From: an uncultured Muribaculaceae bacterium
GTDB lineage: Bacteria; Bacillota_I; Bacilli_A; RF39; UBA660
Length of the DNA: 64,000 bases
Reading direction: 5' to 3'
Assembly (NCBI GenBank): GCA_964447275.1
Contig: CAYURI010000001.1
Span: 2,164 to 66,163, forward strand
Each line of letters starts with the position of its first letter. The stretch's first letter is position 1. Positions 32,246 through 43,053 of the stretch are shown here, one piece after another. The translations under genes and the position numbers were made by a program. Under the pieces are notes generated by a model that saw nothing but the letters and a program-made list of their open reading frames with translations, was not told the DNA's origin and did no database searches.

Positions 32246-33244
32246 TTATTTATTTTCATTTATAGCTTTAATTAATTCTTCTTTTTTTAATGTACTATAT
32301 CCTTTAAGACCTTTTTCTTTAGCAATAGCTTTTAAGTCTGTTAAGGTCATAGTATCATAATTAACTTCTTCTTTTGGTGCTTCTTTTTTAACTAGTTCTT
32401 TTTCTAGTTTTTCAGTTAACTCTTCTTTAACTGGTTTATCTTCTTTTTCTGGTCTTACATAATCCTTAACAGGTATTTCTTGACCTTCTAAAGCTTTTTC
32501 TAAATCAACTTTTTCAACAGTCTTTTTAGTTTTTTCTACTTCTGTAACATAATCCATTACTTCTAAGCCTTTAACTTCACAAATCGCATTAGCTAAAACA
32601 CCTAAAATTAATTTAATTGAACGAACTGCATCATCATTCCCTGGGATAACAAAGTCAACATCATCAGGATCCCCATTAGTATCAACAATCCCAATTACTG
32701 GAATATTTAGTTTCCTTGCTTCTTTAATTGCACTAGATTCCTTCTTAGGGTCTACTACTACTAAAGCTTGTGGTAATTTATACATTTCTCTAATACCACA
32801 TAAAACCTTATTTAATTTAGCATATTCTTTTCTAATTTTTACAACTTCTTTTTTAGGAAGTGCTTCAAATATACCTTCTTTTTCCATGGTTTCAATTTCT
32901 TCTAATCTTTTAATTCTTTTACGAATAGTTCTAAAATTAGTTAATGTTCCACCTAACCATCTTTCTGTTACATAGTAACTTTGACTTCTTAACGCTTCTT
33001 CCTTTACTGCCTCACCAGCTTGTTTTTTTGTGCCAACAAATAAAAGCGCTCCACTATTTGTCGCAATTGTTTTGATCTCTTCATAAGCCTCTTCAATTAG
33101 CTCTGAAGTTTTTTGCAAGTCAATAATATAAATATCATCCCTTGCCGTGAAAATATAGTCTTTCATTTTTGGGTTCCATCTTTTTGTTTGATGCCCAAAA
33201 TGAACACCAGCTTCTAATAAGTAACTCATAGAAACTACAGCCAT
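32246..33244 (-). CDS. rpsB: 30S ribosomal protein S2 with long charged C-terminal extension
   Basis: N-terminus [27 protein letters not shown] is the S2 signature. 332 aa, compared with about 250 aa typically; the C-terminal roughly 90 aa are K/E-rich. Confidence 0.9.
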   Translation of the reverse strand: MAVVSMSYLLEAGVHFGHQTKRWNPKMKDYIFTARDDIYIIDLQKTSELIEEAYEEIKTIATNSGALLFVGTKKQAGEAVKEEALRSQSYYVTERWLGGTLTNFRTIRKRIKRLEEIETMEKEGIFEALPKKEVVKIRKEYAKLNKVLCGIREMYKLPQALVVVDPKKESSAIKEARKLNIPVIGIVDTNGDPDDVDFVIPGNDDAVRSIKLILGVLANAICEVKGLEVMDYVTEVEKTKKTVEKVDLEKALEGQEIPVKDYVRPEKEDKPVKEELTEKLEKELVKKEAPKEEVNYDTMTLTDLKAIAKEKGLKGYSTLKKEELIKAINENK

Positions 33245-33445
33245 TTAAATCATCCCTTTCGTTTAAGCCGCCGAAAGCGTCTTCTTCAATTAACATCTTA
33301 TACCTAAGACACTCGTTAACTAAATCAGCTTTCGTGTGTATTTGGTTTTTATAAACCACACCTATAGTATCAAATAAAAGGCTTTAGGGCAAGTTATTTT
33401 TGTTTAAAATGGTTTAATTTTTGATATAATTAACTTGGTGATAAG

Positions 33446-34771
33446 ATGAAAACAACATTTTTAATATTTTTAACTAAAGGAGTTAGTATAGCTGGTAAAA
33501 TACTTGGTAGAAATGCTAGTGTGTTCCCAGGTAAATTAGCTTATGATGCTGATACTAAAATACTTAGTAAAGTAAAGTACCCTAAATATGTTATTGGGGT
33601 AACTGGATCAAGTGGTAAAGGCAGTACAGTAGAACTTATTTATCATACTTTAACTAAAGCTGGATATAGAGTTGCTTGTAATAAAGTTGGTTCTAATGGT
33701 ATATATGGTATTACTACTTTAATTTTAAATAATGTTACTTTATTTAAGCATAAACCTAAAAAAGATGTATTTTTAATTGAATTAGATGAAAGACATATTC
33801 ACCTGGCTTTCTTAAAACCAATTTTAACTCATTTAGTTGTAACTAATATTACGAGAGATCAACCAGCTAGAAACAAAACTCCTGAGTTTATTTATAATAA
33901 AATATTTAATGCAGTTAAAGAAAAAACGCATTTAATAATTAATGCTGATGACCCAATGGTTAATAAAATTGGTACTACATATAAAGATAAAATAACTACT
34001 TATGGAATTAGTAAAACTAAATATTCATATCATAAGCCAATGCTTAACTCCGTAGACAATGCTTACTGCCCAGTATGTCATAAAAAACTAGTTTATGATT
34101 ATTATCATTATGGCCATATAGGCAGTTATAAATGCCCTAATAATGACTTTCAAAGAGGCAAAGTTTCCTATGAAGCTGCTAATGTTGATTTAGAAAATAA
34201 AACAATTAAAATAAATAATCAAAACATTAAAATTAATAAAGATATGTTATATGCAGCATATGCCACCACAGCTGCTTATGCATTACTTAAAACAATTGGT
34301 ATAAGTGATGAAGTTATAAATGAATCATTTAATATAAATCCTATTCCTTCTAAAAGAGGTCATATATATAACATTAATAATAGAAATTTAACAATGTTAG
34401 AAAGCAAAAATGAAAATGCTCTATCTTATTATCAATCTTTAGAATATATCACTAGATTAGATAATAAGAAAACTATCATTCTTGGTTTTGATAATGTTTC
34501 GAGAAGATATAAGCATAATGACTTATCTTGGTTATATGATGTTGAGTTTGAAAAATTAAATAATAAAGGTATTGATAAAATTATTTTAATTGGTAGATTT
34601 AGATATGATGTTGCTACCAGACTTTCGTATGCGGGGATTGATAAAAAGCAAATGCTTATAGTAGATGATATTAACAATTTATTAAAAGTCATTAAAACTA
34701 CTAAAGGTGATATATATACCATGGTTTGTTTTGATATGACTGCTAAAATAAAAGAAATGTTAGGAGAATAA
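33446..34771 (+). CDS. murT: Lipid II isoglutaminyl synthase Mur-ligase-like subunit MurT
   Basis: 441 aa. Mur-ligase P-loop VIGVTGSSGKGST, the MurT-specific Cys4 insert (CPVCHKK...YKCP) and a C-terminal DUF1727-like region. Co-directional and coupled to gatD (the stop and start overlap). Confidence 0.75.
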   Translation: MKTTFLIFLTKGVSIAGKILGRNASVFPGKLAYDADTKILSKVKYPKYVIGVTGSSGKGSTVELIYHTLTKAGYRVACNKVGSNGIYGITTLILNNVTLFKHKPKKDVFLIELDERHIHLAFLKPILTHLVVTNITRDQPARNKTPEFIYNKIFNAVKEKTHLIINADDPMVNKIGTTYKDKITTYGISKTKYSYHKPMLNSVDNAYCPVCHKKLVYDYYHYGHIGSYKCPNNDFQRGKVSYEAANVDLENKTIKINNQNIKINKDMLYAAYATTAAYALLKTIGISDEVINESFNINPIPSKRGHIYNINNRNLTMLESKNENALSYYQSLEYITRLDNKKTIILGFDNVSRRYKHNDLSWLYDVEFEKLNNKGIDKIILIGRFRYDVATRLSYAGIDKKQMLIVDDINNLLKVIKTTKGDIYTMVCFDMTAKIKEMLGE

Positions 34772-34772
34772 G

Positions 34773-35498
34773 ATGAAAACAATTAATATTGCTCATTTAT
34801 ATTATGATTTAATGAACTTAAATGGTGAAGCTGGTAATATTATGGCTCTTAAAAGTCATTTTGAAAGCCAAGGTTTAAAAGTAAATATAGGTCTTCTAAC
34901 TATTGATGATAAAATTGATTTTAATAAATATGATATATATTATATGGGATCAGGATCTAAAGAAAATAAATTAATTGTTATAAATGATATTTTAAAATAT
35001 CAAAATGATATTGAATTATCGATTAAAAATAATAAATATTTTATTATTACTGGTAATGCTCTAGATTTATTTGGTAAGTATATCGAAGAAGAAAATGGCA
35101 ATAAAATAAAATGCCTAGAAATATTTAAATTTCATACTAAAGAAATAGATCCAGAAGAAAGCATTGTTGGTGAACAAACATTTAAATCTAACTTAGTTAA
35201 TGAAAATATAATTGGTTTTCAAAATAGACAAAATATAATGATAAATGAAGATAGCAATAACTTGTTCACAGTCATAAATGGTACTGGATATGAAAAAGGG
35301 AATAATGAAGAAGGATATTTATTTAACAACTTCTATGGTACATACTTGCTAGGGCCACTTTTAATAAGAAACCCCTACTTTACTGATTACTTAGTAGAAA
35401 AAATATTAAAAGAAAACAAACTACCATATAAAGCTAATCATAATGCTTTTGATTATATTGCTTATAATGAATTTATAAATAATAAAAAAGAGGATTAA
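34773..35498 (+). CDS. gatD: Lipid II isoglutaminyl synthase glutaminase subunit GatD (CobQ-like GATase)
   Basis: 241 aa. The N-terminus INIAHLYYDLMNLNGEAGNI matches the GatD/CobBQ-type glutamine amidotransferase family. It directly follows murT. Confidence 0.72.
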   Translation: MKTINIAHLYYDLMNLNGEAGNIMALKSHFESQGLKVNIGLLTIDDKIDFNKYDIYYMGSGSKENKLIVINDILKYQNDIELSIKNNKYFIITGNALDLFGKYIEEENGNKIKCLEIFKFHTKEIDPEESIVGEQTFKSNLVNENIIGFQNRQNIMINEDSNNLFTVINGTGYEKGNNEEGYLFNNFYGTYLLGPLLIRNPYFTDYLVEKILKENKLPYKANHNAFDYIAYNEFINNKKED

Positions 35499-35512
35499 TT
35501 AATCCTCTTTTT
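35485..35512. terminator. Bidirectional terminator at convergent gatD/topA stops
   Basis: Perfect palindrome AAGAGGATTAATTAATCCTCTT spanning both stop codons, flanked by an A-run and a T-run. Confidence 0.55.
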
Positions 35513-37529
35513 CATAACTACAATTACTACATTTTATTTTGTTATTCTTTTCTACTAAGTATGAATTACATTCTGGACATTTACCTTCTACTGGTTTATC
35601 CCATGATGCAAAGTCACATTTTGGATAGTTAGAACAGCCATAAAATATTTTGCCTCTTTTAGTTCTTTTTTCAATTATAGTGCCTTCACATTTAGGACAA
35701 GGCATTACTTCAGTTACTTTTTTAACTTGTTTTTTAATATATTTGCATTTTGGATAATTAGAACAAGCTTCAAACTCACCATATTTGCCTTTTCTTTTTA
35801 CCATGTCACTACCACATTCTGGACATGTTTCACCAGTTTTATCTGGTTCTTTTTTCTCCATGTTGCTAAATGCTTTTTGAACAAGTGGTTCAAAATCTTG
35901 ATAGAATTCTTTTAGAATGACTTTAGAATCAAATTTAGCTTCTGCAACCTCATCTAATTCCGTTTCCATTTTAGCAGTATATTTAACATTAATAATGTTA
36001 CTAAAAAATTCTTGTAATTTATCAGTTATTTCAATCCCAGTTACAGTTGGATAAAACTTTTTATCAAGAATGCTTACATAATCTCTTTCTCTTAGTATTT
36101 CCATGGTTTTAGCATAAGTACTGGGTCTACCAATTCCTAATTTTTCCATTTCTTTAATCAGTGTTGCTTCGGTATATCTTGGTAATGGTTTAGTAAAATG
36201 TTGACTCTTATTAATACTTTCACTAATAATGACATTAGTTTTATAACCACTAAAATCTGGTAGGATAACATCTTCATTTTGTTCATAATCACGATATACT
36301 TTTAAATAACCATCAAATGTTAAGACACTACCCGTTGCTTTAAATGTATAGCCATTATTATCTAAAATGATGGTTGTCGCATCCATTTTAGCATCAGCCA
36401 TTAAAGATGCTAAGCTTCGACTATAAATAAGTTTATAAAGCTTATATTCATCATTTGATAAATAGCTTTTAATACTTTCTGGATCACGAGAGATATTAGT
36501 TATTCTAATACCTTCGTGAGCATCTTGAATATTTTCATCTTTTTTACCTTTTTTAACATAACCAACATAAGAGTTACCAAATTTTTTCTTAATATAGTTA
36601 AGTGTTTCACCAATAAATGAAGCACTCATCCTCGTTGAGTCAGTTCTCATATAAGTGATTAAACCAACTGATTCGCTCCCTAAATCAACACCTTCATATA
36701 GCTTTTGCGCAATCTTCATCGTTTTACCAGAATTAAATCCTAGTTTATTAGAAGCTACTTGTTGTAAGGTTGAAGTTTTAAATGGTAATGGAGATGCTTT
36801 TTTCTTCTCTTTTTTAGTCGTACTTTCAATGGTAAATGATTTAGAAAGTTGTGATAAGATATCATCAGCTTCTTTTTCGCCTTTTATTTCAAGCTCTTTA
36901 CCACGATATTTTTCTAATAAAGCTTTGAAGTCTTTAAAGTCAGCTTCAATAAGCCAGTATTCTTCTTCTTTAAATGCTTCAATTTCTCTTTCTCTATCAA
37001 CCACTAGTTTTAAAGCCACACTTTGAACTCTACCAGCACTTTTACCACTAGTTTTAGATTGCATTAATTTACTTAAACGAAAACCAATAATTCTGTCTAG
37101 AATTCTTCTAGTTTCTTGACTCTTTACTAAGTTCATATCAATTTTACGGGGATGTTTAAAAGACTCTAAAATAACATCTTTAGTTATTTCATTAAAGACT
37201 ACTCTTTCATAGTCTTTTTCTTTTAAATTCATAGCATCAAATAAATGCCAACTAATTGCTTCTCCTTCACGATCTGGATCGGTAGCAAGTAAAACCATAT
37301 CACAAGCCTTGGCTTCTTTTTTTAAATCACTAATGACTTTTTTCTTACCTTTAATTGCTACATAAGTCGGTTCAAAATCATTTTCAATATCGACCCCAAG
37401 TCCATATTTGCCTGTGGTAGCTAAATCTCTAATATGACCTTTGCTTGATGTTATTTTATAACCACCACCCAAGTATTTACTAATGGTTTTAATTTTACTA
37501 GGGGATTCTACTATTACTAAGTATTTCAT
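35499..37529 (-). CDS. topA: DNA topoisomerase I TopA
   Basis: 676 aa. N-terminal TOPRIM (LVIVESPSKIKTISKYLG), active-site Tyr region and three C-terminal C4 zinc ribbons (CPECGS..., CSNYPKC...). Confidence 0.92.
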   Translation of the reverse strand: MKYLVIVESPSKIKTISKYLGGGYKITSSKGHIRDLATTGKYGLGVDIENDFEPTYVAIKGKKKVISDLKKEAKACDMVLLATDPDREGEAISWHLFDAMNLKEKDYERVVFNEITKDVILESFKHPRKIDMNLVKSQETRRILDRIIGFRLSKLMQSKTSGKSAGRVQSVALKLVVDREREIEAFKEEEYWLIEADFKDFKALLEKYRGKELEIKGEKEADDILSQLSKSFTIESTTKKEKKKASPLPFKTSTLQQVASNKLGFNSGKTMKIAQKLYEGVDLGSESVGLITYMRTDSTRMSASFIGETLNYIKKKFGNSYVGYVKKGKKDENIQDAHEGIRITNISRDPESIKSYLSNDEYKLYKLIYSRSLASLMADAKMDATTIILDNNGYTFKATGSVLTFDGYLKVYRDYEQNEDVILPDFSGYKTNVIISESINKSQHFTKPLPRYTEATLIKEMEKLGIGRPSTYAKTMEILRERDYVSILDKKFYPTVTGIEITDKLQEFFSNIINVKYTAKMETELDEVAEAKFDSKVILKEFYQDFEPLVQKAFSNMEKKEPDKTGETCPECGSDMVKRKGKYGEFEACSNYPKCKYIKKQVKKVTEVMPCPKCEGTIIEKRTKRGKIFYGCSNYPKCDFASWDKPVEGKCPECNSYLVEKNNKIKCSNCSYEKED

Positions 37530-37539
37530 ATAAGCCTTT

Positions 37540-39594
37540 CTAAGGAGTTACAATTTCTCCTTCAGTTATTTCAGTTGTTGGTACTTCTACTACTGGTGCA
37601 ACGACATATTTACTTCTTTCTTTAAATAAATAATTAAAATAATCTTTTTTAATCGCTAAAGCTGACATATTAATTTTATTACTAATCTCTTGATTTAAAT
37701 GAATGATATAAGCATCATCTAAAGTATTAGCTTCATTTTTATAAGTTAGTTTACTATTTGAAGCATCATAATAAGCCACTTCATTTTCCCAAGAACCATC
37801 AGTAAATATTGCTAAGCTTTCATAATTAGGATCAAATAAATCATGACCTAGATAAAGTCTTGGATCATAATCCATATCAAATAAATTAGCAAGCGTTGGA
37901 AGAATATTCATAATGGTTGTATAATCTTCATACTTCTTCGGTGTAATGGTACTATTATAAATGATAAATGGTGTTTTGTCTCTTTCTTTTCCTGCCAAAG
38001 CTTCTTCACCTAAGAATGAAGCTATATTATTATTAGATAATCCATATGGATAATGGTCAGCAAATAAAGCAATAACCGTATTATCTAATTTACCAGTATC
38101 AGTTAATTCTTGTAATAAAACTTCTAAAGCTAAATCTAATTCTTTTAATTTAGATAAATATCTTTTTGATGATATTGATAAATCTAAATCTTTAAATAAA
38201 TCTAAGTATTTATCACCATAAGTAGATGAAACAGTATAAGGACGATGTGATGTAACCGTGCTAAAGAAAGTCATGAATTTTTCGTTATTCATATAATGGC
38301 TTTGGCTATTCGTAAATAGTTCTACATCACTTGGCCATTCTTCATAAACACCACTAACACTAATATCTAAATCGTAAGCATTATAATACTTTTGGCTACC
38401 CATATTTGGATGAATAACTTTACGATAATAATAGTGATCAGCAAAATCATGATAACTGGAGGTATAATAACCAGCATTATTAAATAAATTAAAGATTCCT
38501 TCGGGATAAACATTTCTTTTATAGGCGTTTGCCGTACAAGAATTATTAATGGTAAATAAACTACTCATAACTGTCATTTCATTGTTACCTGTAGCACAAC
38601 TATTTCTTGGTGAATAGTTATTAACCCAACTCCAGCCTTCATTATACATTTTATTTAAAGTTGGAAAATATTCTGGATATAAGAAAGGAATATTATTAAC
38701 TGATTCCATTAAAATAACAATTAAATTCTTATCTTTAAAATACCCAGTCATATCATTTTTAGGTGTTATATTACGATTAATAAAATAATTATTTAAAGTG
38801 TTATAACTACTATTATCTTCATTAGCAATTAATTCTTTCCATGCCGTATCATCAATTACTCTCGTATATTGATTAACAACGCTAGAATGATTGTTTTCTG
38901 TTTCTGAAACTACTTCTTCTGGTTCAGCACCAATGATCGCTGCTTTAAAATCAATTACCGCATAAGAAATAATCCCAAATTGATTGACACAAACACTAGG
39001 TGTTTCAGGGAAATAAAACAAATCTTTGTTAGCCACAATTTGGTATTTATTCTGCATAAAGCTAATTACTAAAGTACTATAAAATAAAGCTCCAAGTATT
39101 ACTAAGCCTCCCATATTAATTAAATAATTACCAATCTTAGGTCTAGCAAAATGAGTACTTACTTTTTTATTAAAGAAAATATAATAAATAATCATTAAAA
39201 ATAAAGGGATTAATATTAAATAGAAATTCCATGAATAGCTTTTAACATAATCAACAATATAACTTGTTACTTTGCCTAATTGACTACTACTATTAACTGA
39301 CATAAAAGTCCCAATTGAATCATTAAAGCCAATTTGAAAGAAAGCATCAACTGATACGGTGATAATTAAAATAAAATTCATAATAACAGTTAATACTCTA
39401 GGTAATAAAGTAAAAATAATTGCAAAAAATAAACTAATAAAGTTAATTGCTAAAAAGATTCTTAAGATTGCCCAATCTAAGTACTGAAAACCAGCAATTG
39501 GTCTTAATATTAATTCAATTAAGAACATCGCAATCATTAAAATTAAATAATTTTTTAATATTTCACTCTTCATTTTTTTCATTTTCTCGTTCAC
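37540..39594 (-). CDS. LtaS-family sulfatase-domain membrane protein, paralog 2
   Basis: 684 aa. Multi-TM N-terminus plus an extracellular AP-superfamily domain (ILMESVNNIPF, SCATGNNEMT, TSHRPY). Confidence 0.68.
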   Translation of the reverse strand: MNEKMKKMKSEILKNYLILMIAMFLIELILRPIAGFQYLDWAILRIFLAINFISLFFAIIFTLLPRVLTVIMNFILIITVSVDAFFQIGFNDSIGTFMSVNSSSQLGKVTSYIVDYVKSYSWNFYLILIPLFLMIIYYIFFNKKVSTHFARPKIGNYLINMGGLVILGALFYSTLVISFMQNKYQIVANKDLFYFPETPSVCVNQFGIISYAVIDFKAAIIGAEPEEVVSETENNHSSVVNQYTRVIDDTAWKELIANEDNSSYNTLNNYFINRNITPKNDMTGYFKDKNLIVILMESVNNIPFLYPEYFPTLNKMYNEGWSWVNNYSPRNSCATGNNEMTVMSSLFTINNSCTANAYKRNVYPEGIFNLFNNAGYYTSSYHDFADHYYYRKVIHPNMGSQKYYNAYDLDISVSGVYEEWPSDVELFTNSQSHYMNNEKFMTFFSTVTSHRPYTVSSTYGDKYLDLFKDLDLSISSKRYLSKLKELDLALEVLLQELTDTGKLDNTVIALFADHYPYGLSNNNIASFLGEEALAGKERDKTPFIIYNSTITPKKYEDYTTIMNILPTLANLFDMDYDPRLYLGHDLFDPNYESLAIFTDGSWENEVAYYDASNSKLTYKNEANTLDDAYIIHLNQEISNKINMSALAIKKDYFNYLFKERSKYVVAPVVEVPTTEITEGEIVTP

Positions 39595-40222
39595 CTTTTT
39601 TAATTAAATCACTAATTGGTTTAAATGTAAATCGGTAATTAGGAAGAACGCCGTACTTCTTGACATTCTCTATATGCTTCTTAGTAGGATACCCTTTATG
39701 CTTACCAAATTCATATTCTGGGTATTTTTGATCTAATTCATACATCATATTATCTCTAGTTACTTTAGCAATAATACTAGCCGCACTAATTGATATGCTT
39801 AATAAATCACCATGAATAATACTAGTTGATGGCATAGCCAAATTTAACTTCATCGCATCAATTAAAACATGCTCTGGCTTAATAGCTAACCCTTCTAAGG
39901 CTTTTAACATTGCCACTTTGCTAGCTTCATAGATGTTTATCTCATCAATAACATCAGCTTCTACTATACCGATGCCAATACTTATCGCATCTTTTTTAAT
40001 TATTTCATATAACATATTGCGTTTTTTCTCAGGTACTTTCTTCGAATCAGTTAAACCTTCTAGAAAGTAATTTTTAGGTAGAATTACAGCTGCTGCTACA
40101 ACAGGGCCAACTAAAGGGCCTCTACCCACTTCATCAACACCAGCTATTAAGTTAATCCCTTTTAAATATAATTCTTTTTCATATTTTTGATTATCAAATA
40201 TTTCCATCTTTAAACCTATCAA
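39563..40222 (-). CDS. rnhB: Ribonuclease HII
   Basis: The IAGVDEVGRGPLVGPVVAAAV motif, the DSK catalytic residues and the rbgA-rnhB context. Confidence 0.88.
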   Translation of the reverse strand: MIGLKMEIFDNQKYEKELYLKGINLIAGVDEVGRGPLVGPVVAAAVILPKNYFLEGLTDSKKVPEKKRNMLYEIIKKDAISIGIGIVEADVIDEINIYEASKVAMLKALEGLAIKPEHVLIDAMKLNLAMPSTSIIHGDLLSISISAASIIAKVTRDNMMYELDQKYPEYEFGKHKGYPTKKHIENVKKYGVLPNYRFTFKPISDLIKKGERENEKNEE

Positions 40223-41066
40223 AAGTTATTCCTTTAATAATATTACTACTTAAATCATTAACTACTACCTTACTAATTCTTTCAAAATCCAATTCATTCC
40301 CTTTAACTACGATACCTAGTTTTTTACTAATAATTTCATAATTAGCTTCAAAGTCATTACTTAAAGAAGATAGATTATATCTATTTAATAAAATATCTGG
40401 ATAATAACTATTTAACATTTTTAAAATATAAACTGCCACATCATCAATTGGTAATATTTCATTTTTAATGGCTGTCATTGAGGCTAAATTCAAAGCTACT
40501 TTTTCATTATCAAACTTTGGCCATAAAATACCTGGGGTATCTAAAAGTAAAATATTACTACTTGTTTTTAACCAATTTAACTGCTTAGTTATGCCTGGAG
40601 TATTACCAGTTTTAGCTACTTTTTTAGAAGCTAAAGCATTTATTAAAGTGCTTTTACCAACATTAGGAATTCCTATTACTAAGGCTTTAATTTCTTTTTT
40701 ATTTAAACCGGAATTAGCCCTTTTGATTTGAATATCTTTAGTTAAATTATTTGTTAAATCAATTAACTTCTTATAGTCTTTATTATTTGTTAAATCTAAA
40801 AGTAATACTTTATAACCCTTATTTTCATAATATTTAATCCATTTATTGGTTTCTTTTAGATCACATAAATCACTTTTAGTCATAATTAAAATTCGTGGTT
40901 TATTTCTAATAATTCTCTCAACATCAATTATCTTAGAAGAAAATGGTATTCTTGCATCAACTAATTCATAAACAATATCTATTAAAGGTATTCTTTCACT
41001 TATTTCCCTTTTTGTTTTAGCCATATGGCCCGGATACCAATTGATATTTATTTTATTTTCCATCAT
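40194..41066 (-). CDS. rbgA: Ribosome biogenesis GTPase A (YlqF/RbgA)
   Basis: The N-terminus INWYPGHMAKTKREI is diagnostic of circularly-permuted YlqF GTPases. G4-G1-G3 order (TKSDL...GIPNVGKST...DTPG). Confidence 0.88.
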   Translation of the reverse strand: MMENKININWYPGHMAKTKREISERIPLIDIVYELVDARIPFSSKIIDVERIIRNKPRILIMTKSDLCDLKETNKWIKYYENKGYKVLLLDLTNNKDYKKLIDLTNNLTKDIQIKRANSGLNKKEIKALVIGIPNVGKSTLINALASKKVAKTGNTPGITKQLNWLKTSSNILLLDTPGILWPKFDNEKVALNLASMTAIKNEILPIDDVAVYILKMLNSYYPDILLNRYNLSSLSNDFEANYEIISKKLGIVVKGNELDFERISKVVVNDLSSNIIKGITFDRFKDGNI

Positions 41067-41088
41067 AAATTTCCTCCTGGTTTTAATT

Positions 41089-41931
41089 TTATATTTCTAT
41101 TTCCATTCCATCAAATGCAATATGATAACCGTTTGAAATAGCCTTACTTTCTACTATTTCATGATATTCCATACCATCATGAGATATATGTGTGCCGTAT
41201 ATTAAAGTATTCTCATTAATGCATCCTATTTTCCTTAACTTTTCTAACTGCTCACCAAAAAGTTTTTCATTTAAATGCGAATAAGAATAATTAACATTGC
41301 CAAATGTATGATCCATAATTATAACATCTAGTACTATGCCTTCTAATTGCTTTAATGCATTTACTGTTAATTCCGGAGTATCTGTCGCGTAGAAAATATT
41401 TTTATCATTTTGGCTAATGACATATAATAATGCGCCACACTTTAAATCATGATTAGTTTCTATCGCTTTTATTTTATAATCGCCAGCATAAAATATATCA
41501 CCAGAATTTATGGCATTACTATGAACATTTAATTTTTTCGATCCTTCTTCAGATATCAAATCTGCATTTTCTAAATCATTTACCCTTTGACTCATTATTT
41601 TCAAGCACATAGGATGAGCATATATTTCCAGTTTATTGTGATTTTTCATTTCCATATAAGGAATTCTTGTGCACAATAATCCCTCATCAAAATGGTCAGT
41701 ATGAATATGAGTTTGTAACAAATATTTTATTTTCCCCATATCACTATTATACATCATCATAGCAGTCTGAGTATCTGGGCCCAAATCAATTATTAAATCA
41801 TCGTTAATTAAGGCTGAGGCCCTTTTTCTTAAGCTTTCCCCACGATGATTTCTAGCATTAATACAATTATCACAATTGCAAAATGAAAGTGGATATCCAA
41901 ATGCACCAGTGCCTAACATTGTAATTTTCAT
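41089..41931 (-). CDS. MBL-fold metallo-hydrolase
   Basis: HIHTDH (HxHxDH) motif and downstream His/Asp ligands. 280 aa. Confidence 0.6.
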   Translation of the reverse strand: MKITMLGTGAFGYPLSFCNCDNCINARNHRGESLRKRASALINDDLIIDLGPDTQTAMMMYNSDMGKIKYLLQTHIHTDHFDEGLLCTRIPYMEMKNHNKLEIYAHPMCLKIMSQRVNDLENADLISEEGSKKLNVHSNAINSGDIFYAGDYKIKAIETNHDLKCGALLYVISQNDKNIFYATDTPELTVNALKQLEGIVLDVIIMDHTFGNVNYSYSHLNEKLFGEQLEKLRKIGCINENTLIYGTHISHDGMEYHEIVESKAISNGYHIAFDGMEIEI

Positions 41932-42080
41932 TTTATTCCCTCAAATCTATTTTTTAAATTCCTTGCTATATTAATTGCGGTGTTTTCCATTTTAGAAATA
42001 ACCGGTTGCTCCTTTTGTTTTTTTATAGTTGCCGAGAATTCCTCGTTAGCTTACTTTTTATTATCATTATTTTATAACTA

Positions 42081-42138
42081 ATTAAAATTATACATTAAAA
42101 AACTAAATAAAGGAAATTATTTGGTTTTTCTTATTTTA
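42081..42138. repeat. 58-bp direct repeat, copy 1 (overlaps the dinD stop and an AT hairpin)
   Basis: ATTAAAATTATACATTAAAAAACTAAATAAAGGAAATTATTTgGTTTTTCTTATTTTA. It is identical to 43054..43111 except for 1 nt. It contains the inverted repeat AAAAACTAAATA/TATTTAGTTTTT. Confidence 0.8.
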
Positions 42139-42976
42139 ATTTATTTTTTATTTCTAGTTGTTTCTTTTCTCTTTCAAGTTCTTTTAAACTCTTTTTTGGC
42201 GTAAACATATTTTCTGGCATTGTTCCACCTAGTTCTTTAATTGTTTCTCTAACTTTTTTGCCAACTGTAAAATGAACCTCTTTGGCAGTTTCTTCACCTT
42301 TTACATCATCGTTTATCAGTTTTTGTTTAGTTTGATTAATTCTAAATAAATTAGCTATAAGCTCATCTTCACCCATATTATCTAAAATATCTTCTCTATA
42401 TCTTAACTTTTTTCTTTTAAATATAGCATCAGCGGTTTCACCATTATAAAGTCCTTTATATCCAGCATTGTGAAATTCTGCCATATTTTTAACTCCTGAT
42501 TTTAATGCTACTTGTTGCAATTTATAATTACCTTGCTTAGTTAGTTCCCTTTGATAAAATCTTTTTTCGTTTTCAGAAAGCATTTCATACTGAGATTCAG
42601 TAATTTCTTGTTTTCTAGTTTGAATTGCAAAATATGTTTGCCCTAAAGCAATAATTGATTTCCTTGGATTACCATTTTGGACAATTAAATAACAAGCATA
42701 TCTGCTTAATTTATAGTCTAAGATATTCCTTTGCGAATCTCCAGTTTGAACCATTTTGCTGACATCAGCAAAATGGTCTGAAATATTATTGCTGCTATTA
42801 ACACATGCTAATTTTGCTTTGTTTATTACTAATTCAAAGTTTCTCCACTGCATATATTCTAAAATTATTTGCAATTCTCGTGCTTCCCAATATTCATTAC
42901 CAGATTCATCAATATGCTTTATGTCTTCAAATGATTTAGCTTCATTATTTTTAATAACTATTTTTGATTTTTTCAT
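42131..42976 (-). CDS. dinD: DNA-damage-inducible protein D (DinD family)
   Basis: 281 aa collinear with E. coli DinD. Shared blocks include SRYACYL(I/V)VQNG(N/D)P(R/A)K, (A/I)GQTYFAIQTR(K/R)QE, EKR(F/L) and TVGKKVRETIKELGGTMPE. Confidence 0.7.
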   Translation of the reverse strand: MKKSKIVIKNNEAKSFEDIKHIDESGNEYWEARELQIILEYMQWRNFELVINKAKLACVNSSNNISDHFADVSKMVQTGDSQRNILDYKLSRYACYLIVQNGNPRKSIIALGQTYFAIQTRKQEITESQYEMLSENEKRFYQRELTKQGNYKLQQVALKSGVKNMAEFHNAGYKGLYNGETADAIFKRKKLRYREDILDNMGEDELIANLFRINQTKQKLINDDVKGEETAKEVHFTVGKKVRETIKELGGTMPENMFTPKKSLKELEREKKQLEIKNKLK

Positions 42977-43053
42977 ATTTTCACCCTCTTATATATATAC
43001 ACGTTTTTTATTAGAATTCCTTTTTAAATCATTATTTTATCATCTTTTTATAT

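Noticed and set aside
33135-33359. 74-aa ORF overlapping the rpsB start and leader
   Set aside because: Out-of-frame overlap with the S2 N-terminal codons. The region is more plausibly the rpsB 5' UTR/leader.
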